Below are positions 30,013 to 39,059 of a DNA stretch of 64,000 nucleotides, one piece after another; the stretch's first letter is position 1; the number at the start of each line of letters is the position of its first letter. The notes under the pieces were generated by a model. It searched no databases and had not been told where the DNA came from. It saw nothing but the letters and a program-made list of their open reading frames with translations. Source of the DNA: a virus (taxonomy: Duplodnaviria > Caudoviricetes); the IMG/VR virus record IMGVR_UViG_3300028048_000060, positions 90,737 to 154,736 of that record; one strand, given 5' to 3'. The position numbers and the translations under genes are program-made.

Positions 30013-30405
30013 ATGAAATTTAAATCATTAAATGAGTCTGTTGAAGCAGAACTTCCAAAGAGTTTAGAGAATTTTATCTCTAAGAGAAATGGAAAGGTTA
30101 GAGAGTTTAGTGTAAAGAAATACATCTCTAAGAATGGAAACGAAGATAGACTTGTTTACATTGATATTTATTTTGGAAATGACATCTCTCTTTTCTCTGA
30201 TTTTGAACCATTATCAGACAAGGATAATATCAAGTTAGAACTTAGAAATTCTGGGTGGGGAAGTGCTGGAAGTTTCACAGACCCTAAGAGAATTAAAGAA
30301 GTCTTAGATAATGTCCAGGAAAAGGTAGATACTGCGAGAAATGCTCTTGAAGTATTCCAAGAACTCAAAGAATACAAATTCGAAGACTTAATGATAGTTA
30401 AGTGA
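30013..30405 (+). CDS. probable internal head protein
   Basis: MKFKSLNE-S N-terminus; TATAAATA upstream; AAGGAG RBS. Confidence 0.55.
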   Translation: MKFKSLNESVEAELPKSLENFISKRNGKVREFSVKKYISKNGNEDRLVYIDIYFGNDISLFSDFEPLSDKDNIKLELRNSGWGSAGSFTDPKRIKEVLDNVQEKVDTARNALEVFQELKEYKFEDLMIVK

Positions 30406-30520
30406 TTAGACGTTTATAATTTCTAAAAGACTTAAAATCCTGAGTATAAGTCTCTTCTTAGGAAGTTCTTTAGCCTGCTGTGGTTACTCAGTTTACTAAT
30501 TGCCGAAAGGGATTAAAAAT

Positions 30521-31138
30521 ATGACATTATGGTATACTAAAAATTACTCACCAACTCCACACTTTCCATTTGAGTCTTTTCTAAGAAATCCTGATAAGAT
30601 TCTCTTTGACCCAATGACTCAGGAAACACCATCAAAGTATCCTTTAACTAACATTGGTTATGCTAATAACACTTTAATCTTTGAAGTTGCCTTAGCGGGA
30701 TTTAAAAAGGAAAACATTAAAGTCAGTTATGTAGGAAATGTAATCACTGTTAATGCTAAGTGGAATAAAGACTCAGAAGAGTCTCAAACTTGTCCACAGT
30801 GTGAAGCAAATGGATGTGATGGGTGTTGTAAGTGTGAGTGTGACTGCTGTAAAAAAGAAATAAAGTACATTATGAAGAACATCTCTACCAAAGATGCTTG
30901 TAGAAAGTTTACTCTTCCTGACAAGTACTTAGGTGGAAGTCTTAAATGGAAGTTTGTTGATGGTCTGCTAACTATCGCTGTGTACGTTAACGATGTTGAT
31001 TACTCAGTTGAACCTTCAGGAGACGACGAAGAATTGATTCCTGACTGTGGTTGCGGATGTAGCCAGGGTTGTTTATGTCATTCTGAAACAGAAGAACAGT
31101 CTGACACACAGGAACCAACTGAACCTCAGAATCCATAA
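30521..31138 (+). CDS. small heat-shock protein (Hsp20) with Cys-rich insertions
   Basis: KYPLTNI..FEVALAGFKKENIKV...RKFTLP...FVDGLLTI alpha-crystallin motifs; ATG 30521 preferred over TTG 30500. Confidence 0.85.
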   Translation: MTLWYTKNYSPTPHFPFESFLRNPDKILFDPMTQETPSKYPLTNIGYANNTLIFEVALAGFKKENIKVSYVGNVITVNAKWNKDSEESQTCPQCEANGCDGCCKCECDCCKKEIKYIMKNISTKDACRKFTLPDKYLGGSLKWKFVDGLLTIAVYVNDVDYSVEPSGDDEELIPDCGCGCSQGCLCHSETEEQSDTQEPTEPQNP

Positions 31139-31240
31139 AAGACTTTATTTTTTAAGTGATTTGCATTAAAATATAAGCTAGATATAACCATCTAGCTTAT
31201 TTTTAAAATATAAATATATGTATAGTTAAAAGGAATCTAA

Positions 31241-32554
31241 ATGAAACAAAAGAATCAATCTAATAAATCCATCAGAGGTTTAGTTCTTGAACTAAGACCT
31301 GATGATAGTCAGAAAATTCTTTTGTCTGAACATTTAGATGGTTGTAGATTCATATATAATCAATATGTTGAAGAGTATTTAACTTCTATCAAAGAGGATA
31401 GACTCCCTAATTATAAAGATTATAAAGACTTACGTGCAGAGCACGAATTCCTTAAAGATTTATATTCATGGACTCTTCAACAAGTTAAGTTTCAATTCAT
31501 TCAAACTAATAGAATCAATAGATCTAAAAGATCAAATGGTCAGTCCATAGGATTAATTAAATTTAGATCTAAAAAGTCTCACAGTGATTATTTTTATACC
31601 AATAATGTAAAATTATCATATAATTGTGACTGTAAGTCAGAATCATATGTAAACATTCCAAAAATAGGTAAGATTAAATTTTTACGTAATGGTATTAAAT
31701 CTAAGTTATTAGAAGGTAAAATTAAGTCAGCAGTAGTTAGAAGAACCAAAACTGGAGTTTACAAGATTTCGTTACTTGTTGAGGTCAACAAAGTTTACGA
31801 AAATCGTGTAGATAATGGTCATGTAGGTTTAGATTTTTCCCTAAAAGACTTATTTGTCGATAGTTTTGGTGCGAAGGCACCAGAGTTCTTAACAAAGAGG
31901 TCTAAGATGGAATTATTTCAGAATAAGATTAATTCCTTAAATGAAACTATTTCAAAGATGAGAACCAAATCTGAGAAAAAGTCTCGTACCTCTGTTAAAG
32001 TTCATCGTTTAACGATGAAACGTAACAAACTCTTCGAAAGAATTCATAACATTCAGAAGGACTATATCAACAAGTTATCAAGAGATTTGTGTAAACACAA
32101 TGAATTGATAGTTGTCGAAAATTTAGACCTCAAAGAAATGTCTAGGCATACATCTTACTTAGATGCCAAAACTTCCACCAAGGGTGGAAATCATGGAAAG
32201 TCAGTAAGTTTGTTACAATGGAGTTATTTCCTTAAAAAGTTAGAAGAAAATGCTGAGAAATTTGGGTGTCATCTTGTCCTTGCGGACAAATATTACCCAA
32301 GTTCTCAAATTTGTTCTAAGTGTGGAAAGATTCATAGTGAAATGAAGGATGTTACCAAACGTACACTTGAGTGTGAATGTGGTAATATCATTGATAGAGA
32401 TTATAACTCTGCAATTAATATTTTAAAATTCGGTGAGTCTGTTGTTTACAACAAATCTTACCAAACTCTTGGGAAGGAACTCTCGGAGTATAAATCTTTT
32501 AAGTGTTTAGATTTTTCAAAATCAAAAACATTTAAACTACAGTCAGATCTCTGA
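31241..32554 (+). CDS. tnpB: TnpB RNA-guided nuclease (family copy B)
   Basis: HVGLDF, IVVENL, CSKC..CEC and DRDYNSAIN; right-end hairpin gctattgacctttagatcaatagc then agttcat ending at 32597. Confidence 0.92.
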   Translation: MKQKNQSNKSIRGLVLELRPDDSQKILLSEHLDGCRFIYNQYVEEYLTSIKEDRLPNYKDYKDLRAEHEFLKDLYSWTLQQVKFQFIQTNRINRSKRSNGQSIGLIKFRSKKSHSDYFYTNNVKLSYNCDCKSESYVNIPKIGKIKFLRNGIKSKLLEGKIKSAVVRRTKTGVYKISLLVEVNKVYENRVDNGHVGLDFSLKDLFVDSFGAKAPEFLTKRSKMELFQNKINSLNETISKMRTKSEKKSRTSVKVHRLTMKRNKLFERIHNIQKDYINKLSRDLCKHNELIVVENLDLKEMSRHTSYLDAKTSTKGGNHGKSVSLLQWSYFLKKLEENAEKFGCHLVLADKYYPSSQICSKCGKIHSEMKDVTKRTLECECGNIIDRDYNSAINILKFGESVVYNKSYQTLGKELSEYKSFKCLDFSKSKTFKLQSDL

Positions 32555-32583
32555 TTGTAAATAGAAGCTATTGACCTTTAGAT

Positions 32584-32730
32584 CAATAGCAGTTCATGCT
32601 TTATTTTACTTCTGACCAACACTTTGGTCATACTAACATTATTAAGTACACTAAAGGCCAATAACAGTTCATGCTTTATTTTACTTCTGACCAACACTTT
32701 GGTCATACTAACATTATTAAGTACACTAAA
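32584..32730 (+). repeat. 72-bp direct duplication (period 75) of the tnpB right-end tip plus the first 20 codons of the phosphoesterase
   Basis: 32584-32655 versus 32659-32730, one mismatch. Confidence 0.9.
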
Positions 32731-33243
32731 CGACCATTTGAGTATAGTCAAACAGGAATGATAGACTGTGCAAGGTTTATGTACGATTCTTATCAGCAGA
32801 TAGTCAAAGAAGATGATGTAGTAGTATTCTTAGGTGACTTAGCATTGATTAGAAGTTGTGACAAAGACATTTTCTCTGATATGTTTAGGAGTTTAAAGGG
32901 AACTAAACTTTTTCTTTGGGGAAATCACGACTCATTTTCTGAATCATATTATAAGAAATCAGGATTTAAAGACATAAGAGACTATCACATTGTAGGTCAG
33001 CACTTTATATGTCATTATCCTTGCGTGAGTTCAGGAACTCCTAAGGAAAGACTTTGTAAGAATGCCTTTGACCAGTCAGAGTGTTCCGAGATTTGGCATG
33101 GCCATATCCATGAAAAACACAGTCCTACATTTGATGGGATTAAAAGACACAATATGTGCGTAGACTATGCTCCAAATGCTTTTAAACCTGTTTTAATAAC
33201 AGATCCTGTTCTTCAAGAATATTTTTATCAGTTTAAGGATTAA
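32671..33243 (+). CDS. calcineurin-like metallophosphoesterase
   Basis: SDQHFGH, LGD, GNHD, CHYP and HGHIH motifs. Confidence 0.9.
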   Translation: MLYFTSDQHFGHTNIIKYTKRPFEYSQTGMIDCARFMYDSYQQIVKEDDVVVFLGDLALIRSCDKDIFSDMFRSLKGTKLFLWGNHDSFSESYYKKSGFKDIRDYHIVGQHFICHYPCVSSGTPKERLCKNAFDQSECSEIWHGHIHEKHSPTFDGIKRHNMCVDYAPNAFKPVLITDPVLQEYFYQFKD

Positions 33244-33335
33244 GGATAAGAAAAGGAGTCTTTAAAGACCATAAAAAAGGAGTCTCTAAAGACTCCTTTT
33301 AAATTAATCTCTATTTTATATAAAGACTTTGAAAA

Positions 33336-35288
33336 TTAATTTTGGAAGATTTTAAAACACTTCTTAGATGGTCCAGATGAACTAAATTGTAAAATTGATT
33401 TAAAACACTTAAATCCATCAAACTTCCAGGAATCGCCTAAACTTTCTCTTAGAAGTAACTCTATATTATCTGTGAGAACATTTTGTTCTAAGATAAACTC
33501 TTCGTTAATTAGATTAGCTAGTTTCAGTTCTAAGCTTCTTGGAATCTTAACTGTTTTGTTTCCTTCACTAAGACTGAAATCCTGTTCTTTTGCTTTTCTT
33601 CTTAGAATGTCAGAACCCAGTGGAAGAGTTACTGGAGCGATGTTAGCTGAAGTTGTTCCTAAGGCACAGTCTCCACAGTCTCCGCCTCCACATCCTTCTC
33701 CATCTTCTTCTAAGTAATCAACAAACAGTTTGCCTTGGCTAAGACCTTCTCCTAGACTAATTTCATCATAAGTTGCTAAAATCTCAGGATACAAACTATG
33801 AATCTCCTTAGGAGTGTTCTTTTCAAAAAATTCTTTATCTCTTATATTAGAAATGACTTTTGTTGCACTTATAGCATCTGAGTCTCTTGGATACTCTCTA
33901 ACATCTAATCCTAAGACCTTTTCTACTTGTTTTACATAGTCAAAGTATCTGTCACTTCCACAGAACACTGTGTTGATGTTAAATGGAGACTTAGACAACA
34001 TTCCTAAGATGTTTCCTGAATTGTGTTCAATGATTTCAATCTTATTCTTAAATGTTTTCTCTAACATCTTGTATCTAAGGTCTCTTGTTGCTTTAGTATC
34101 CTTAGATGAAACTAAGCAAACTAGGACTTTGTCGTACTCTTTTAATGCTTTGTTGATAACATTACAGTGTCCATTTGTAAGAACTCTAAACTTTCCTAAG
34201 ATTAAACACCCATTATTTCCCTTTAATGCCTTTAAGATTAAAATTTTAGCATTATGATGGATATCATCTTTTATCTGTAACTCGTTCTTCTTAGAATGAG
34301 ATATGTTAAAGTCTGTTTTCTCTAATAACTCAGATAGTTTTTTAAGTCTTAGATTAATTGGACCTCTTGTAATCTTAGAAGCAATTTCCTTAGATGCTTT
34401 TATTACTTCCTTCCAGTATAGGTCTTCATCTTCAGGATTTTCTTCCATGAACTTTTGTTTGATTAGTCTTCGAGCATTTTGGTCTAACTGATATTCTTGC
34501 TGAACTTTGATTATCTTGTCATCGTACTTGATAACAACTCCTTCTTCTTTTCCACCATAAACGCTTTCTACTTCTAACAGTGTCTTGGTGATTGCTTTCC
34601 AAAGAACTTCAGGGTCTTCTGAATTAAAATCTTCTATGTTCTTATTATAAACATCTCTTAGAGAATTACTTAAAATTCCATTTTTAAAGTCTTTGAGATA
34701 ACCTTTAAACAGTTTGTTTGGAACATCTACTTGAAGGAGTTTAGCATACTCGTCTCTGTTCTCAGTCTCCATAGTCTTAGAGTTAGTCTTTAGAGTTCCA
34801 AATTTAATTTCATTTTCATTATAAGAGCACTGGCTATATCCAATCAGAACTAAGTGATGTGGATTAGTATAGTTAGAACTTAAAGTTGGTTTTCTCTGAA
34901 GAAATTCAATAGCAAACTCAGTGTTAATAGGAAGTCCTGTCTTTCCTAGATTACTAAAATGGTCTAAGACTAACTTATACTGAGAGATGCCTATAGACTT
35001 CTGAATGATTTGCTTAGAGTCCTGGAAGGAAAATTCCTCACTGTACATTATTTGGTTCTTATAGGCAATAATCCAGTCATTTAAGTCTCCATTGTCGTTT
35101 ATATGGAGAACAGTCAGCTTAGTTCCATCTGTTTTGTGTTCTATCTCTACTTCAGTGTTCAAAAGACTCTCAATATCTGACTTAGTCTTTATTACCTTAG
35201 AAGCACTAAGAATAGAGATATCTAGCTGGTCTTTAGACTCAAAGACCATATTTGGGTCTTTGCTTTCGAACAGTTGTTTTAGTCTCAC
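33336..35288 (-). CDS. ATP-dependent ligase-like domain fused to HIGH-family (cytidylyltransferase-like) nucleotidyltransferase
   Basis: Ligase motifs EHKTDG (I), IEF (III), EEGVVIK (IV) and IKV (V), then GKFRVLTNGH, GSDR and ISAT; GTG start; several (L/F)xE-S/G sites. Confidence 0.75.
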   Translation of the reverse strand: MRLKQLFESKDPNMVFESKDQLDISILSASKVIKTKSDIESLLNTEVEIEHKTDGTKLTVLHINDNGDLNDWIIAYKNQIMYSEEFSFQDSKQIIQKSIGISQYKLVLDHFSNLGKTGLPINTEFAIEFLQRKPTLSSNYTNPHHLVLIGYSQCSYNENEIKFGTLKTNSKTMETENRDEYAKLLQVDVPNKLFKGYLKDFKNGILSNSLRDVYNKNIEDFNSEDPEVLWKAITKTLLEVESVYGGKEEGVVIKYDDKIIKVQQEYQLDQNARRLIKQKFMEENPEDEDLYWKEVIKASKEIASKITRGPINLRLKKLSELLEKTDFNISHSKKNELQIKDDIHHNAKILILKALKGNNGCLILGKFRVLTNGHCNVINKALKEYDKVLVCLVSSKDTKATRDLRYKMLEKTFKNKIEIIEHNSGNILGMLSKSPFNINTVFCGSDRYFDYVKQVEKVLGLDVREYPRDSDAISATKVISNIRDKEFFEKNTPKEIHSLYPEILATYDEISLGEGLSQGKLFVDYLEEDGEGCGGGDCGDCALGTTSANIAPVTLPLGSDILRRKAKEQDFSLSEGNKTVKIPRSLELKLANLINEEFILEQNVLTDNIELLLRESLGDSWKFDGFKCFKSILQFSSSGPSKKCFKIFQN

Positions 35289-36482
35289 TTAGAAATCCTC
35301 CTGGATATAATTCTTCTTTGCTATATAGACTCTAAATGAATTTAATGACTCAGACAGGTTACACTTTCCATTAAGACCAAATGTTCCATAGTAATCAGAT
35401 AGCATTGGTTCGTGAAGGTCTTCTAAGCCAAAGAAATTGATAAAGTACTCATATCCTTTGAGTTTAACATCAAAATCCAATTCAGGATTGTTTCTTTCTA
35501 ATTCCTGTGTTCTTTCAGGATAAGACTCCCAAAGTAAGTCTAAGTATCTTCTGTGAACTCTGTCTATAAGTTCTTTAGGAGTATACTTTTGAATTAACTC
35601 ACAAAGACCAACAAATGACCAAAGTTTCTCTAACTCATCGTTTTCAGGGAGTCGGTCAAAGCACTCAACAAACACCTTAGTTAAGTCTTTTTCACCATTA
35701 AACTGGAATCTCTGTAACTGTTTGTATGTATTTTGCTCCTTTGACTGTGTTAAGACTTCTAACTGAGTACAGATTCCTAAGTTAACATCAAATATCTTTA
35801 AACGAGCAACCTTAGGTAACTGAGTATCACCTAACATAACAATTCCTAGAGGGTCTTCGTTCTTAGTTCCTACTAGTGCTCTTAGAAGATACTTGTGATG
35901 GACTGCTTTAATTCCTACCTTAGCATCTTTAAGATTACTTGAGTGTCCAAATCTTGCCCATTGAGATGGCTTTCCATCTATAAAATCTGTAAATTCAAAG
36001 TCTACTTGAGTATAGATTCTGAGTTCACCAATGCCATTTATTTTAAACAAGATATCAAACACACAGTTTATCTGAGACATAGTTGGCTTAAACTCAGGTT
36101 TATTACACCCTAAGTATTTTACATCAGGACTCAGTTCTTTTCCTTCTAAGTCTCTTAGAAAGTTATATAGTTCTAACTTCAGTTCTTTAGGAACAACAAT
36201 GTCTATATCACCAACAAATGGCTTAACCTCCTCAATTTCCTTTGAGTCATAGTTAGGACACATTATGTAAGATGTACTTCCATTAAAGAGATTTCCTGAG
36301 GTTATCTGTTCAGGTTCCCAAAGACGTTTCTTTGTTACTTTTTCAAATAACTGATTGAAATCAGTTACGAACTTGTTGACTTCCTGGACGAAATATGTTC
36401 GTCCAATTGTTTGTAGTGGGACCTTTTCAGCAAAGAACTGTTCCTTTGTGTTGTGGTCCATAACAATAGCATTTCCACCCAT
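35289..36482 (-). CDS. Pol-beta/PolX-superfamily nucleotidyltransferase-like protein, paralogue 2
   Basis: MGGN, FNGST...GDIDIV...QVDFEF and GIKAVHHKYLLRAL. Confidence 0.7.
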   Translation of the reverse strand: MGGNAIVMDHNTKEQFFAEKVPLQTIGRTYFVQEVNKFVTDFNQLFEKVTKKRLWEPEQITSGNLFNGSTSYIMCPNYDSKEIEEVKPFVGDIDIVVPKELKLELYNFLRDLEGKELSPDVKYLGCNKPEFKPTMSQINCVFDILFKINGIGELRIYTQVDFEFTDFIDGKPSQWARFGHSSNLKDAKVGIKAVHHKYLLRALVGTKNEDPLGIVMLGDTQLPKVARLKIFDVNLGICTQLEVLTQSKEQNTYKQLQRFQFNGEKDLTKVFVECFDRLPENDELEKLWSFVGLCELIQKYTPKELIDRVHRRYLDLLWESYPERTQELERNNPELDFDVKLKGYEYFINFFGLEDLHEPMLSDYYGTFGLNGKCNLSESLNSFRVYIAKKNYIQEDF

Positions 36483-36484
36483 AA

Positions 36485-37489
36485 TTATTCCTTATAGAAA
36501 AACTTAAAATAATCTTCAAATCCTAAAATGTCTATAAACACTTTATAAGCATTGTATTTTAATTCTTTGTCTTCTTCTGGATTCTTAGATACTTTGTGAC
36601 TCACAAGCATCTCACAGAACTTAGAATGAATCTCATTAACTTTGTCCCTTGTAAAAGACTCTTTTATCAGTTCACAGACCCCAATAAAAGACCAAAACTT
36701 ATCATAATTATTTAAGTCTTTTTTATTAAACAAATACTTATAAAATCTTCTTACATTTGTGCTTGATGGATTTTTGTTCTTAATAAAAACTTGGAGACCA
36801 CAGACCTTTACAAATTCTTTCTTTGTCTTATTATATAAAGGCTTATATTTTATCTTAAAACCATCTACTACACTGAACACTGCAAACTTAGGAATTTTGT
36901 CATCTTTAACTAAATTTCCATTATAGTCAGCAATTAAGATATTCTGAGATGTAGTATATGTAGTAGCACCTATTAAGAATTTGTGAAAGACTGCTTTGAT
37001 TCCATACTGAGCATCTAAGAAACTAGAACTATGACTGAATCTAGCAAACTCAGTTGGTTCTAAGTCTTTAAATTCAACAAACTCAAAGTCTATCTGACAG
37101 TTTACTCCAACATTAAACACTGAATGAATTTGGTCTATCTTTTCATTATAGACAAAACCTTTAAACAATTTTGAGTCTAAGTTAGAAAGATACTTTATTA
37201 GTGGTTCTTTATAGACTTTGTCTATCATTACGTCTACGTCACCAATAGACTTTTTAACGCCCAAGATATCTGAGTCTGATATTTCAGGATTAAACACATA
37301 CTGAGAACTCCCATTAAAGATAATTCCAGTCTCGATGGAACTTTGTGTCCAACAGTTTAATTCTAAGTTTATTTCATCTAAGATACTTCTTACTTTAGAG
37401 CAAAAGTTAGAACGCCCAATTTTATCTAAAGGAACAGTCTGTGCTGTTGTTTTGATGTTGTCTTTAAAGACTCTGATGTTTCCGCCCAT
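36485..37489 (-). CDS. Pol-beta/PolX-superfamily nucleotidyltransferase-like protein, paralogue 3
   Basis: MGGN, FNGSS...GDVDVM...QIDFEF and GIKAVFHKFL; late promoter at 37517-37524 (-). Confidence 0.7.
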   Translation of the reverse strand: MGGNIRVFKDNIKTTAQTVPLDKIGRSNFCSKVRSILDEINLELNCWTQSSIETGIIFNGSSQYVFNPEISDSDILGVKKSIGDVDVMIDKVYKEPLIKYLSNLDSKLFKGFVYNEKIDQIHSVFNVGVNCQIDFEFVEFKDLEPTEFARFSHSSSFLDAQYGIKAVFHKFLIGATTYTTSQNILIADYNGNLVKDDKIPKFAVFSVVDGFKIKYKPLYNKTKKEFVKVCGLQVFIKNKNPSSTNVRRFYKYLFNKKDLNNYDKFWSFIGVCELIKESFTRDKVNEIHSKFCEMLVSHKVSKNPEEDKELKYNAYKVFIDILGFEDYFKFFYKE

Positions 37490-37627
37490 TTTTAAATACC
37501 TTTAAACTTTTATGTCTATTTATAGAAGCATATTAAAATAGGGTCTTTAAGGACATATAATGGTATTGATTCTTTTACAAATAAATTATATAATATTTTT
37601 AAATAAAAAAATCAAGGAGATTTAATA

Positions 37628-38947
37628 ATGGCTAAGAAAACTTCTGAGAAAAATATCAAGGGTTTAGTATTAATACTAAATCCCGTTCAGTCTCAGAAAA
37701 TTCTTCTTGATAAACATTTAAACAATACAAGATTCATCTATAACAAATATGTAGAAGAATACTTATCATGCTTAAAGGAAAATAGAATTCCAGATTATAA
37801 GGATTATCAGGATCTATGTGAGGAAAACGAATTCCTGAAAGGTCCTTATTCTTGGTCACTTCAACAAGTTAAATTTCAATTCATAAAAACAAATAAAATT
37901 AATAGAGCAAAGAGAGGAAAAGGACAGTCAGTGGGAATTGTTCATTTTCGGTCTAAAAAGGCTCATAAAGATTATTTTTATACTAATAATGTAAAACTTT
38001 CGTTCGACCATGATGATAAGTCAAAATCATACGTAAAATTGCCAATTATTGGTAAGATTCAAATTTTAAATAAGAATATAAAAGATGAATTATTAAAAGG
38101 TAAAATTAAGTCAGCAGTAGTTAGAAGAACCAAAACTGGAGTTTACAAGATTTCGTTACTTGTCGAGGTCGACAAGGTTTACGAAGAACGTGTAGATAAC
38201 AGTCATGTTGGTCTTGATTTTTCGCTAAGAGATTTCTTTGTTGATAGTTTTGGTGCGAAGACACCAGAGTTCTCAACAAAGAGGTCTAAGATGGAATCAC
38301 TTCAAAAGAAGATAGATTCCTTAAATGAAACTATTTCAAAGATGAGAACCAAATCTAAGAAAAAGTCTCGTACCTCTGTTAAAGTTCATCGTTTAACGAT
38401 GAAACGTAACAAACTCTTCGAAAGAATTCATAACATTCAGAAGGACTATATCAACAAGTTATCAAGAGATTTGTGTAAACACAATGAATTGATAGTTGTC
38501 GAAAATTTAGACCTCAAAGAAATGTCTAGGCATACATCTTACTTAGATGCCAAAACTTCCACCAAGGGTGGAAATCATGGAAAGTCAGTAAGTTTGTTAC
38601 AATGGAGTTATTTCCTTAAAAAGTTAGAAGAAAATGCTGAGAAATTTGGGTGTCATCTTGTCCTTGCGGACAAATATTACCCAAGTTCTCAAATTTGTTG
38701 TAAATGTGGAAAAATTCATTCAGAAATGAAAGATGTTACCAAACGTACACTACAGTGTGAATGTGGTAACAATTTAGATAGAGATCATAATTCAGCAATT
38801 AATATTTTAAAATTCGGTGAGTCTGTTGTCTACAACAAATCTTACCAAACTCTTGGGAAGGAACTCTCGGAGTATAAAACCTTCAAACATCTGGATTTTT
38901 GTGCTACGCACAAGTCTCAGATGTCTGAACTAGAATCAAATATTTGA
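37628..38947 (+). CDS. tnpB: TnpB RNA-guided nuclease (family copy C)
   Basis: HVGLDF, IVVENL and DRDHNSAIN; right-end hairpin then aagttcat ending at 38990; promoter TTGATT-17-TATAAT at 37566-37594. Confidence 0.92.
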   Translation: MAKKTSEKNIKGLVLILNPVQSQKILLDKHLNNTRFIYNKYVEEYLSCLKENRIPDYKDYQDLCEENEFLKGPYSWSLQQVKFQFIKTNKINRAKRGKGQSVGIVHFRSKKAHKDYFYTNNVKLSFDHDDKSKSYVKLPIIGKIQILNKNIKDELLKGKIKSAVVRRTKTGVYKISLLVEVDKVYEERVDNSHVGLDFSLRDFFVDSFGAKTPEFSTKRSKMESLQKKIDSLNETISKMRTKSKKKSRTSVKVHRLTMKRNKLFERIHNIQKDYINKLSRDLCKHNELIVVENLDLKEMSRHTSYLDAKTSTKGGNHGKSVSLLQWSYFLKKLEENAEKFGCHLVLADKYYPSSQICCKCGKIHSEMKDVTKRTLQCECGNNLDRDHNSAINILKFGESVVYNKSYQTLGKELSEYKTFKHLDFCATHKSQMSELESNI

Positions 38948-39059
38948 TTCTAAATGGGACCAGATTTTCTAAAGAATATCTGAAGTTCATATTGATATCT
39001 AACTTAAATTATTATAAAATAAAATCAAAGAACTTATTTAGAAGGAATTAGGAACTAAA

